54,614 nucleotides of DNA from Sphingomonas sp. GTDB lineage: Bacteria; Pseudomonadota; Alphaproteobacteria; Sphingomonadales; Sphingomonadaceae. This document shows, one piece after another, positions 19,312 to 27,930 of the stretch. Where the stretch lies: positions 1-54,614 of the forward strand of contig JBJMVJ010000008.1 in assembly GCA_045810685.1 (NCBI GenBank). The letters run 5' to 3'. The position numbers and the translations under genes were made by a program. Under the pieces are notes generated by a model that saw only the letters and a program-made list of their open reading frames with translations, was not told where the DNA came from and did no database searches. Numbering within the stretch: the first letter of the stretch is position 1; every line of letters begins with the position of its first letter.

Positions 19312-20802
19312 CTAACTGCCGCGCAGCTCCGGCATGTAGCCCTCGTCCACGATGTCGCTGAACTTGGTGATGCGGCTGTCGAACTTGAGCCGGACCTTGC
19401 CGGTCGAGCCGTGGCGCTGCTTGGCGACGATCACTTCGGCCAGGCCGTAGGCGCGCTGCATCTCTTCCTGCCAGGCGCTGAAGTCGGGATGGTCGTCTCC
19501 CGGCTGCTTGGCGGCGAGGTAATAATCCTCGCGATAGATGAACAGCACGATGTCGGCGTCCTGCTCGATCGAGCCGGATTCGCGGAGATCCGAAAGCTGC
19601 GGGCGCTTGTCCTCGCGCTGCTCGACCGCGCGGCTCAGCTGTGACAGGCCGATCACCGGCACGTCGAGCTCCTTGGCGAGCGTCTTGAGCCCCCGGCTGA
19701 TCTCGGAAATCTCGTTGACGCGGTTGTCGTTGCTCGACTTGCTCGTGCCCTGGAGCAGCTGGAGATAGTCGACGATCACCAGCCCGATGCCCTTCTGCCG
19801 CTTGAGCCGCCGCGCACGGGTACGAAGCGCGGCAATGGTGAGGCCGGGCGTGTCGTCGATGTACAGTGGCAGGCTCTGCAGCTCGGCCGCGGCCCGCGCC
19901 AGCGAGCGGAATTCCTGTTGGCTGATCCGCCCCATGCGGAGGTTCTCGGAGCTGATGCCCGATTGCTCGGCAAGGATGCGCGTGGCCAGCTGGTCGGACG
20001 ACATTTCGAGGCTGAACAGCGCGACACTGGCGCCCGCGGACTTGGCGGGCTCGATCCCGTCCTCCTGGTCCTTGAGGAACCTGCGGGCGGCGGCAAACGC
20101 CATGTTGGTCGCAAGCGCGCTCTTGCCCATGCCGGGGCGGCCGGCGACGATCACCAGGTCCGACTTGTGCAGCCCGCCGATCTTGCCGTTCAAGCTGTCG
20201 AGCCCGGTGGTGAGGCCCGACAAATGGCCGCCGCTGTTGAGCGCTTTTTCCGCCAGCTGCAGCGCTTCCTTGGACGCCTCGCCGAAGCTCTTCGCCTTGC
20301 CTTCCGCGCCGCCCTCCTCGGCAACCTTGTAGAGCTCGGTTTCGGCGCGCTCGATTTGAGCGAGGGGGGCAACGTCCTCGCTCGTGTCGAGCGCGCCTTC
20401 CACGAGCTCGCGGCCGACGCCGATGAGGGCGCGCAGCAACGCGAGATCGTAGATCTGGTCAGCAAAGTCGCGAGCGCCGATCACCGCCGCGCCGGAACCG
20501 GTCAATTGCGCGAGGTAGGACGGCCCGCCGACTTCCCTGATCGACTCGTCGGCCTCGAACAGCGGCCGCAACGTGACCGGGTTGGCGACCCGGTTGCTGT
20601 CGGTCAGCCGCAGGACCGCCTCATAGATGCGGCCGTGCAGCGGCTCGAAAAAGTGGAGCGGCTTGAGCTTGAGCTGGACGTCCTCGACCAGCCGGTTGTC
20701 GATCATCAGCGCTCCGAGGAGCGCCGCTTCCGCCTCGACGTTCTGGGGGAGGGCTGGAGGGGCTTCAGACGCAGACTCGGCAATTCGGATCACTTCGGCC
20801 AT
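19312..20802 (-). CDS. dnaB: Replicative DNA helicase
   Basis: [12 protein letters not shown], Walker [34 protein letters not shown] and KQRHG; start reassigned to ATG 20802. Confidence 0.97.
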   Translation of the reverse strand: MAEVIRIAESASEAPPALPQNVEAEAALLGALMIDNRLVEDVQLKLKPLHFFEPLHGRIYEAVLRLTDSNRVANPVTLRPLFEADESIREVGGPSYLAQLTGSGAAVIGARDFADQIYDLALLRALIGVGRELVEGALDTSEDVAPLAQIERAETELYKVAEEGGAEGKAKSFGEASKEALQLAEKALNSGGHLSGLTTGLDSLNGKIGGLHKSDLVIVAGRPGMGKSALATNMAFAAARRFLKDQEDGIEPAKSAGASVALFSLEMSSDQLATRILAEQSGISSENLRMGRISQQEFRSLARAAAELQSLPLYIDDTPGLTIAALRTRARRLKRQKGIGLVIVDYLQLLQGTSKSSNDNRVNEISEISRGLKTLAKELDVPVIGLSQLSRAVEQREDKRPQLSDLRESGSIEQDADIVLFIYREDYYLAAKQPGDDHPDFSAWQEEMQRAYGLAEVIVAKQRHGSTGKVRLKFDSRITKFSDIVDEGYMPELRGS

Positions 20803-20850
20803 GACCAGGCTCCTACGCTCGTGTGGCCCCACATCAAGCGCTGCCGAAAT

Positions 20851-20930
20851 ACCACAGCTGTGGATAGCTTGTGCACGAATCTGGTCCGGGTTCACCCGAA
20901 CTGCGGAATTTGAATTGCCGCCAATCCACA
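20851..20930. promoter_or_regulatory. DnaA-box-like sites in the dnaB/dcd divergent intergenic region
   Basis: TGTGGATAG at 20859-20867 (CTATCCACA on minus, 1 mismatch to TTATCCACA) and CAATCCACA at 20922-20930. Confidence 0.5.
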
Positions 20931-20983
20931 GATTTGATCGAGCCATATTTGATGCCTCGAACTCGCCCCGTTACGCACTCCGA

Positions 20984-21538
20984 ATGTCGATTTTGTCGGA
21001 CCGCTGGATTCGCGAGCAGGCGCGGCAGCACGCCATGATCGAGCCGTTCGTCGAGGCGCAGCGGCGCGAGGGCTGCATCAGCTACGGCCTGTCGTCCTAC
21101 GGCTACGACGCGCGCGTCGCCGACGAGTTCAAGATCTTCACCAACGTGGATTCGGCGACCGTCGACCCCAAGGATTTCGCCGCCAACAGCTTCGTCGACC
21201 GCAAGACCGACGTCTGCATCATCCCGCCCAACAGCTTCGCGCTGGCGCGGACGGTCGAATATTTCCGCGTGCCGCGCGACGTGCTGGTGATTTGCCTCGG
21301 CAAGTCGACCTACGCCAGGTGCGGGATCATCGTGAACGTGACCCCGCTCGAGCCGGGGTGGGAAGGCCATGTGACGCTCGAATTCTCGAACACCACGCCG
21401 CTCCCCGCCAAGGTCTACGCCAACGAAGGCGCCTGCCAGTTCCTGTTTCTTCAGGGGAACGAGCCGTGCGAAGTCAGCTACGCCGACCGTGCCGGCAAAT
21501 ATATGGGGCAGAAGGGCGTCACCTTGCCCAAGCTTTAG
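20984..21538 (+). CDS. dcd: dCTP deaminase
   Basis: [37 protein letters not shown] and YANEG motifs. Confidence 0.97.
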   Translation: MSILSDRWIREQARQHAMIEPFVEAQRREGCISYGLSSYGYDARVADEFKIFTNVDSATVDPKDFAANSFVDRKTDVCIIPPNSFALARTVEYFRVPRDVLVICLGKSTYARCGIIVNVTPLEPGWEGHVTLEFSNTTPLPAKVYANEGACQFLFLQGNEPCEVSYADRAGKYMGQKGVTLPKL

Positions 21539-21617
21539 TTCGTCATTGCGAGGAGCGCAGCGACGCGGCAATCCAGCGCCGTGACATGGATTGCTCCGCT
21601 TCCCTCGCAATGACGAA
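21539..21617 (+). repeat. Palindromic interspersed repeat, copy 1 (REP/MITE-like)
   Basis: 15-bp terminal inverted repeat TTCGTCATTGCGAGG...CCTCGCAATGACGAA with inner GCAATCCA/TGGATTGC stem. Confidence 0.9.
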
Positions 21618-22839
21618 GAGCGCTGACCAAGCCCAGCAGCTCGACGCCGCCGACCCGCTGGCCTTTGCCCGAGAGCGGTTCTTGCTGCCGGACGCCGTCA
21701 TCTACCTCGACGGCAATTCGCTCGGCGCCCCGCCCGCGGCGACACCGGCGGCGCTGACGAACACCGCCGAGCGGCAATGGGGCGAGGACCTCATCGCCAG
21801 CTGGAACAAGCATGGCTGGATCGACTGGCCGACGCGGATCGCGGCAAGGCTCGCGCCGATCGTCGGGGCAAAGCCGAACGAGCTGCTGATCGCCGATTCG
21901 ACCAGCGTCTGCCTGTTCAAGCTGCTCGCGGCCGGGGCAAAGGCGCGGCCGGGACGGAAGACGATCGTCACCCAGCGCCGAAATTTCCCGACCGACCTCT
22001 ACGTGACACAGGGCCTATGCGACTTGCTTGGCCTGAGGCTCAAGGCGGTCGATGCCGACGAGGTAATCGGGGCGATCGACGAGGACACTGCGATCGTCAC
22101 GCTGACCCACGTCGATTATCGCTCAGCCTCGATCCACGACATGCGCGCCGTCAACGAAGCCGCCCGTGCCGCCGGCGCACTGACCGTGTGGGACCTGTCG
22201 CACAGCGCGGGCGCGATCGAGCTCGACGTTGCCGGCGCGGGATCGGAACTCGCGGTCGGCTGCGGCTATAAATATCTGAACGGCGGTCCGGGCGCGCCAG
22301 CCTTCATCTACGTCGCCGGGCGGCTTCAGGACGAGCTGCACAACCCGCTCCAGGGTTGGATGGGCCATGCCGAGCCCTTCGCCTTCGTCGACGATTACCG
22401 CCCTGCGGACGGAATGCTCAAATTCCTCACCGGCACGCCGTCGATACTGGCGCTGGCGGCGCTCGACGCGGGCCTCGCCACTTTCGACGGCATCGCGCTG
22501 CGGGATCTTGCCGCCAAGTCGCGCTCGCTGTCGCAGCTGTTCGTTGAGGAAGTCGAGGCGCGCTGCGGCGACGAGGTCCAGCTCGCCTGTCCTCGCGACC
22601 CGATGCAGCGCGGTAGCCATGTCGTCTTTGCGCATCCCGAAGGGTACGCCGTGATGCAGGCACTGATCGCTCGCGGGGTGGTCGGCGACTTCCGCGCGCC
22701 GGACCTGATGCGGTTCGGCTTCGCGCCGCTTTACAACAGCCACGCCGAAATGGTGCGCGCCGCGGACATCCTCGCCGATATCCTCGCGAGCCGGGAATGG
22801 GACCAGCCGCGCTTCAAACAGCGCGCCAAGGTCACCTGA
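21610..22839 (+). CDS. kynU: Kynureninase
   Basis: YLDGNSLG, WDLSHSAG, PLP lysine motif GCGYKYLNGGPGAP and GDFRAPD; start ATG 21610 lies in the end of repeat copy 1. Confidence 0.93.
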   Translation: MTKSADQAQQLDAADPLAFARERFLLPDAVIYLDGNSLGAPPAATPAALTNTAERQWGEDLIASWNKHGWIDWPTRIAARLAPIVGAKPNELLIADSTSVCLFKLLAAGAKARPGRKTIVTQRRNFPTDLYVTQGLCDLLGLRLKAVDADEVIGAIDEDTAIVTLTHVDYRSASIHDMRAVNEAARAAGALTVWDLSHSAGAIELDVAGAGSELAVGCGYKYLNGGPGAPAFIYVAGRLQDELHNPLQGWMGHAEPFAFVDDYRPADGMLKFLTGTPSILALAALDAGLATFDGIALRDLAAKSRSLSQLFVEEVEARCGDEVQLACPRDPMQRGSHVVFAHPEGYAVMQALIARGVVGDFRAPDLMRFGFAPLYNSHAEMVRAADILADILASREWDQPRFKQRAKVT

Positions 22840-23242
22840 TCGGCGCGTTCTTCGCGCGAAGGCCGTCGATGCTCCACGCGCCGGGCCCGGCGGCCGCGAT
22901 GTAGAGGAAGATGAAGCAATAGAGGATCGCGGCTTCTCCCATGTTCACGATGGGCCAGAAGCTTTTCGGCGCGTGCGCGATGAAATAGCCGACGGCGATC
23001 TCGCCCGACATGATGAACGCGGCGAGACGGGTGAAGAGGCCTAGCGTGACGAGCACGCCGCCCGTGAATTCAATGACCGCCGCAGCGAGGAGCATGGTCG
23101 GCAACGGGTGGGGGACGCCGGGCTGGTCCACGGGAAAATGGAACAGCTTGGCCGTGCCGTGCTCCATGAACAGCAACGCCGCGACTATCCGAAGCAATGC
23201 GAGCGCCTGCGCCTGCCAACGTGACAACCAGGTGAATTCCAT
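22832..23242 (-). CDS. DoxX family membrane protein
   Basis: LLRI...HGTAKL, LGLFTRLAA and GPGAWSID motifs; four TM helices. Confidence 0.9.
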   Translation of the reverse strand: MEFTWLSRWQAQALALLRIVAALLFMEHGTAKLFHFPVDQPGVPHPLPTMLLAAAVIEFTGGVLVTLGLFTRLAAFIMSGEIAVGYFIAHAPKSFWPIVNMGEAAILYCFIFLYIAAAGPGAWSIDGLRAKNAPIR

Positions 23243-23302
23243 GTGCCCCGCCTCCTTCCTTATTTCGCCTGTCTAACGGGACGGCCGAAGCGTCGCCAAG
23301 TG

Positions 23303-23926
23303 TCAGGCGTGTGCCCGCTCCTTTGCCGCCTGTTGGCTCGCGTGCGCCGAATCCTCGGCCAGTAGCCGGCGCGATTCGTGGATCATGTGCACCCAATCGT
23401 GGAAGGCATGGGCGACGCCCTTTATCAACTCCTTCAGCGGGCCGTCCTTGAGGCAGCCGCTCTCGTCGAAACTGTCGTCCGAGACATGGCCGAGATAGGC
23501 CTCAGGCGCCTGCATCACGGGCATGTTGAGGAAGACCGCGGCCTGGCGGATCTGATGGTTGGCGCCGAAGCCGCCGATGCTTCCCGGCGACGCAGTGACG
23601 ATCGCGGCGGGCTTCTTGTCGAACACGCTCTGGCCATAAGGCCGCGAGCCGACGTCGATCGCGTTCTTGAGGACGCCGGGAACGCCGCGATTATATTCGG
23701 GGCTGCAGAACAGCACGCCATCGGCAGCCGCAACCTCGCGGCGGAAGCGGAGCCACTGCTCGGGCGGGTTGCCGTCGAGGTCCTGGTTGTAGAGCGGCAG
23801 GTCGCCGATCTCCACCATCGAGCAGTCGAGATTGTCCCCGCGCAGCGCACAGATCGAGCGCGCGACCTTGCGGTTGAGGCTCCCCTGGCGAAGGCTGCCG
23901 ACGATGATCGCGATCTTGTAGGCCAT
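23303..23926 (-). CDS. NAD(P)H-dependent FMN reductase (ChrR/SsuE family)
   Basis: VGSLRQGSLN, LPLYNQD and PEYNRGVPGVLKNAID motifs; strong AGGAGG ribosome-binding site. Confidence 0.93.
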   Translation of the reverse strand: MAYKIAIIVGSLRQGSLNRKVARSICALRGDNLDCSMVEIGDLPLYNQDLDGNPPEQWLRFRREVAAADGVLFCSPEYNRGVPGVLKNAIDVGSRPYGQSVFDKKPAAIVTASPGSIGGFGANHQIRQAAVFLNMPVMQAPEAYLGHVSDDSFDESGCLKDGPLKELIKGVAHAFHDWVHMIHESRRLLAEDSAHASQQAAKERAHA

Positions 23927-23991
23927 GGGTCACCTCCTCCTGCTGCGTCCCCAATACCCCGAAGACGGGAAAGTTGCGTGCCCCCGACGTC

Positions 23992-24852
23992 TTAGGGCGT
24001 GGCCGCCTGCGCGCGGGCTACGAGATAGGCATGAAGCTGCTCGATCTGCCCGTCCGTCATGTGGCTGAGGTCGGAGCGCGCCGTGGCCCCCATCATCGGC
24101 AGCTTCTGGCCGCCCGCCGGCCGGCCGGTGCGGAGCAATCTCGTAAATGCGGCGAGGTCGTATGCCCCGGCGATCGTCAGATCGGGTGACAGCTCTCCCG
24201 GCTTCACTTCCTTGCCGCTGAGATCGGCATTGTGACAGCCGGAGCAATATAAAGCGGCGAGCCGACGGCCCGCTTCATATTGCGGCCCGACCGGCCTCGG
24301 CTCCAGGTTTTTATAGTCGGCGACCAGCGCCGGCGCAGTCTTGAACTTGCCCATGACCACACCCAAGCGACCGATGGGACCGTACGAACTCGCCGGCGTC
24401 GTCGATCGGCCCGGCGGTTGCCTTCGCACCATCGCAATGATCGCCGCGACCTCTTGATCGGAAAGGATTTGAAGATTCTCCGACGGCATGATGAACAGGC
24501 TCCGGCCGTCGCTGCCGATCCCTTGGCGGATCGCCCGGGCGAGCTGCTCGTCGCTGGCGTGAGCAGCGACTTGTGTGAGGTTCGGCGCCCATACCGTTCC
24601 GATCATCGGTTCGCTGAACATCTTTTCCCCGCGCAGCCCCGCGCCGTGACAGCTGAAACACCCGAGGATTCGGCCCTGCCGCTCGGCATCGGCCAGCTGA
24701 TCCGGCGTGGGTTGCGCGAGATGCTCGGGCTTTGCCGCGACGCGGGCACTCAGCTCGTGCGAGGAAATTAGCCACAGCGCCGCCGCAGCGATCGAGAGCA
24801 GGGCGAACAGCCCACCAAAGGCATAACCCGCCCAACGCAAGACTTTGATCAT
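23992..24852 (-). CDS. Membrane-anchored diheme cytochrome c
   Basis: N-terminal TM helix; two CxxCH motifs (CFSCH, CSGCH); APNLT and distal Met candidates MPS and PMM. Confidence 0.85.
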   Translation of the reverse strand: MIKVLRWAGYAFGGLFALLSIAAAALWLISSHELSARVAAKPEHLAQPTPDQLADAERQGRILGCFSCHGAGLRGEKMFSEPMIGTVWAPNLTQVAAHASDEQLARAIRQGIGSDGRSLFIMPSENLQILSDQEVAAIIAMVRRQPPGRSTTPASSYGPIGRLGVVMGKFKTAPALVADYKNLEPRPVGPQYEAGRRLAALYCSGCHNADLSGKEVKPGELSPDLTIAGAYDLAAFTRLLRTGRPAGGQKLPMMGATARSDLSHMTDGQIEQLHAYLVARAQAATP

Positions 24853-24883
24853 CGGCCAAGCCCCCTGCCCGACTCAACTCATA

Positions 24884-25195
24884 TCATCGGGTAATAAGCG
24901 ACGTCGCGAATCCAATGAACAAGAGGATCACCAGCGCGAGAAGCACGATGCGGACGCGCGCGTGACGCTCACGCAGATCGACGTCGTAGGCGACGACATC
25001 GAGCCAGTAGACGCCGGGCTTCGCCTCTCGAATGATATTCTTGGACCGCATACGGTCGAATTGTCGCCCCTGCATTCCGTTGCGCGGCTCGAACCCGACG
25101 GCACGCTCCGGCCGCACCGCGTCTTCGCTAAAGAAATGATGCTGAATGTCGCGCCTCGCCTTTGCGACGGCTGCTGCGGCAGCGGTGGCCATCAA
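24884..25195 (-). CDS. Small hypothetical protein with C-terminal TM helix
   Basis: Fills the gap between rnr and the cytochrome; GGAG upstream; hydrophobic C-terminus IVLLALVILLFIGF. Confidence 0.6.
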   Translation of the reverse strand: MMATAAAAAVAKARRDIQHHFFSEDAVRPERAVGFEPRNGMQGRQFDRMRSKNIIREAKPGVYWLDVVAYDVDLRERHARVRIVLLALVILLFIGFATSLITR

Positions 25196-25209
25196 TGCTT
25201 CTCCTTCGC

Positions 25210-27480
25210 TTAGCGCCGTCGATTGTCGTGGCGAATATTGGCGGGCCGGCCGCGCCGGCTCGTAGTTCGCACGCGGTCGCGCCGCGCGGGCGCCGAGGCG
25301 CCGCCGTAGCTGCCTTCGGGCAATTCGAAGCGCAGCGATCCTGACACGGGATTGGCCTCGGCAAGCCGTAGCGTCAGCCGCTGCCCGACCCGGTAGGTCT
25401 CGCCGGTTTCGTCACCGACCAGCGCCCGCGCGGCTTCGTCGTAGCGGAAATATTCGCGGCCCAGGTCGCGCGCGAGCACGAGCCCATCGCCGCCCAGATC
25501 CTCGACCGTGGCGAAGAAGCCGAACGGCTGCACGCCCGTGATCCGGCATTGCACCAGCTGCCCGACCTGGTCGGCAAGAAAGGCGGCGACATAGCGATCG
25601 ACCGTATCGCGCTCGGCCTCCATGGCGCGCCGCTCGAGCATCGAGATCTGCTCGCCGATCTGCTCGAAGCGCTCCTCGTCGCCGGGCGGCAGCCCGCCCT
25701 CCCCAAGCTTGAACGCCTTGACCAGCGAACGGTGGACGAGAAGGTCGGCGTAGCGCCGGATCGGCGAGGTGAAATGGGCGTAGGTCGCGAGCGCCAGCCC
25801 GAAATGGCCGAGCCGCTCCGGCCCGTAACGCGCCTGCATCTGCGTGCGCAGCAATTGCTCCATGATTTCCGCGCGTCCCTCGCCCTCTTCGCCGAGGCGA
25901 TTGATGATCGCGTTGAACGTGCCGGGCCGGATCACCTGCCCGAGCGCGAACTCGATGCCGAAGGTCGCGAGATAATCCTTGAGCGCCACCAGTTTCTCGC
26001 GGCTTGGCGGCTCGTGGACCCGGTACATGACCGGCGCCTTCTTCGCTTCCAGCGCTCGCGCCGCGGCGACATTGGCCGCGATCATATAATCCTCGACGAG
26101 GCGGTGCGCGTCCAACCGATCGCGCGGCGCGATTGAGGTGATCCGCCCCTTCTCGTCGAGCACCACGCGCCGCTCGGGAAGGTCGAGCTCCAGCGGGCCG
26201 CGCTTCTGCCGTGCGGCAAACAGGGCCCGCCAGCAGGCCCACAAGGGCTTCAGCGCGTTGTCGACCAGTTCCTGTGGCACCGGTCCTTCGATCGGCGGCA
26301 TGGAGCAGGTCGGCGAGCTGACCTCGATCCGCTCCTCACCCGCCGCATCGATCGCCGCCTGCGCATCCTCATAGGCGATGTTCGCCGCGATCCGGACCTT
26401 CGCACGGGTGAAGCGCCAGCTCTTGAGCGTCCCGTCCTTGCCGATCTTGAGGTGACAGGCCATTGCCGCGCGGTCCTCGCCCGCTTTGAGCGAGCAGATG
26501 TCGGCCGACAGCTCCTCAGGGAGCATCGGCACCACCCGGTCGGGGAAGTAGACGCTGTTGCCGCGCGCGCGCGCCTCGCCGTCGAGCTCGGAGCCGGGGC
26601 GGACGTAGAAGCTAACGTCGGCGATCGCGACGAGAGCGTTCCATCCTCCCTCGCCATCCGCCTTCGCCCAGATCGCGTCGTCATGGTCGCGCGCGTCCTC
26701 GGGATCGATGGCGACGATCGGCAGATGCGTGAGGTCCTCGCGTTCACCGAGCGGCAGCTTGGAGACTCGGTGCGCCTCGTCGATCGCTTGCTTCGCGAAC
26801 TCGTGCCGAAGCCCGTGCTTGTGGATCGCGATCAGCGAGAAACTGCGCGGCGCGAAGGGATCGCCGAGCACTGCATCGACCCGGGCCTGGACGCGCGGCG
26901 GGCGCCCGCTGACCTCGCACAGCACGAGATCGCCGGCCTCGGCATCCTTGAGATCGGCAATCGAGAACTCGCGCCGCTCCTTCTTGTCGACCGGCGACAG
27001 CCAGAAACGCTCCCCGTCGCGCCGCACCACGCCCAGCACCAGCTCCGCCGAGCGCGCGAGCTTCTTCATCGGGTGGGCGATGAAGCCGTCGCCCTTCTGC
27101 TCTGTCCGGCAAAGCACGCGGTCGCCGATCCCGAGCGCGCTGCGCTTGCCGCGTTCGATGAGGCGGAGCCGGGGCGGCGGAGTCTCGGCGTGCCATTGTT
27201 CGGGGACGCCCCAGACGGTGCCGCTGTCGTCGACTGAATGGACACGCAGCACGGTCACCTTGGGCACGCCGCCCGACTGGTGGAAGGCGCGGCCCGGCGA
27301 TGAGTCGATCAGCCCCTCGTCGGCCATGTCCTTCAGCAGCCGCTTGAGGTCGATCTTCTCCTGGCCCGACAGGCCGAACGCTCGCGCGATCTCGCGCTTG
27401 CCCGCGGGCTGGTCCGACGTGGCGATGAAGTCGAGGATTTGCTTCCTCGACGGCATTCCGGTGGGGCGCTGCTTGACCAT
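25210..27480 (-). CDS. rnr: Ribonuclease R
   Basis: N-terminal HTH; RNB motif IDPEDARDHDDA; HFTSPIRRYADL; C-terminal S1 domain and basic tail. Confidence 0.95.
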   Translation of the reverse strand: MVKQRPTGMPSRKQILDFIATSDQPAGKREIARAFGLSGQEKIDLKRLLKDMADEGLIDSSPGRAFHQSGGVPKVTVLRVHSVDDSGTVWGVPEQWHAETPPPRLRLIERGKRSALGIGDRVLCRTEQKGDGFIAHPMKKLARSAELVLGVVRRDGERFWLSPVDKKERREFSIADLKDAEAGDLVLCEVSGRPPRVQARVDAVLGDPFAPRSFSLIAIHKHGLRHEFAKQAIDEAHRVSKLPLGEREDLTHLPIVAIDPEDARDHDDAIWAKADGEGGWNALVAIADVSFYVRPGSELDGEARARGNSVYFPDRVVPMLPEELSADICSLKAGEDRAAMACHLKIGKDGTLKSWRFTRAKVRIAANIAYEDAQAAIDAAGEERIEVSSPTCSMPPIEGPVPQELVDNALKPLWACWRALFAARQKRGPLELDLPERRVVLDEKGRITSIAPRDRLDAHRLVEDYMIAANVAAARALEAKKAPVMYRVHEPPSREKLVALKDYLATFGIEFALGQVIRPGTFNAIINRLGEEGEGRAEIMEQLLRTQMQARYGPERLGHFGLALATYAHFTSPIRRYADLLVHRSLVKAFKLGEGGLPPGDEERFEQIGEQISMLERRAMEAERDTVDRYVAAFLADQVGQLVQCRITGVQPFGFFATVEDLGGDGLVLARDLGREYFRYDEAARALVGDETGETYRVGQRLTLRLAEANPVSGSLRFELPEGSYGGASAPARRDRVRTTSRRGRPANIRHDNRRR

Positions 27481-27488
27481 TTCAAGTT

Positions 27489-27568
27489 GTCATTGCGAGG
27501 AGTGGAACGACGAAGCAATCCAGTTGCGCCGACGTCCCCCTGGATTGCTTCGCTTCGCCCGTAATGAC
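27489..27568 (+). repeat. Palindromic interspersed repeat, copy 2
   Basis: GTCATTGCGAGG...GAAGCAATCCAG...CTGGATTGCTTCG...CGTAATGAC. Confidence 0.9.
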
Positions 27569-27570
27569 GG

Positions 27571-27833
27571 TCACCGCAGCTGGCTATCCTTGCTGCCCCG
27601 GCGGTTGATCGTCGAATGGGTCACCGCCTTGTCGCGCAGCGACTGGCAGGCGATGCAGGTGCGCACGCCGGGCAGCGCCTCGCGCCGCTTCTTCGGGATC
27701 GGCTCGCCGCAATCGTCGCATTCCTCGGCGGTTTCGCCATGAGGCGTCAGCGCCCGTGCGCGAAGCACGGCGTCCTTCACAGTGTCCTCGATTTGCTGCT
27801 CGACCGCGCCGTCGCGCGTCCATCAGCGGCCAT
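27571..27833 (-). pseudogene. ybiI: YbiI-like DksA/TraR C4 zinc-finger gene with a 1-nt deletion at codon 4 (pseudogene or sequencing error)
   Basis: AGGAGG precedes ATG 27833; adding one G gives MAAGWTRDGAVEQQIEDTVKD, in frame with CDDC...CIAC...NRRGSKDSQLR. Confidence 0.8.
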
Positions 27834-27849
27834 TCTTGCCTCCTACGCT

Positions 27850-27927
27850 GTCATTGCGAGGCGCGAAGCGCCGGGGCAATCCGGCAACGAACGCGAAAGT
27901 AGATTGCTTCGCTCCGCCCGCAATGAC
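27850..27927 (+). repeat. Palindromic interspersed repeat, copy 3
   Basis: GTCATTGCGAGG...GCAATCC...AGATTGCTTCGCT...CGCAATGAC. Confidence 0.88.
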
Positions 27928-27930
27928 GAG

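Noticed and set aside
19312-20946. Intein or long N-terminal extension in DnaB
   Set aside because: Motifs are contiguous at normal length from ATG 20802; the extension is translated intergenic DNA
20803-20983. Replication origin
   Set aside because: Only two or three imperfect DnaA boxes in about 180 bp and no extended AT-rich unwinding region
21292-21609. Apparent 106-aa N-terminal extension of KynU
   Set aside because: It is an alternate frame of dcd plus translated repeat (RHCEERSDAAIQ...MDCSASLA)
23927-23991. EcfG-like promoter upstream of the FMN reductase
   Set aside because: Both boxes deviate from consensus (GCAAC...TATT); too weak to call
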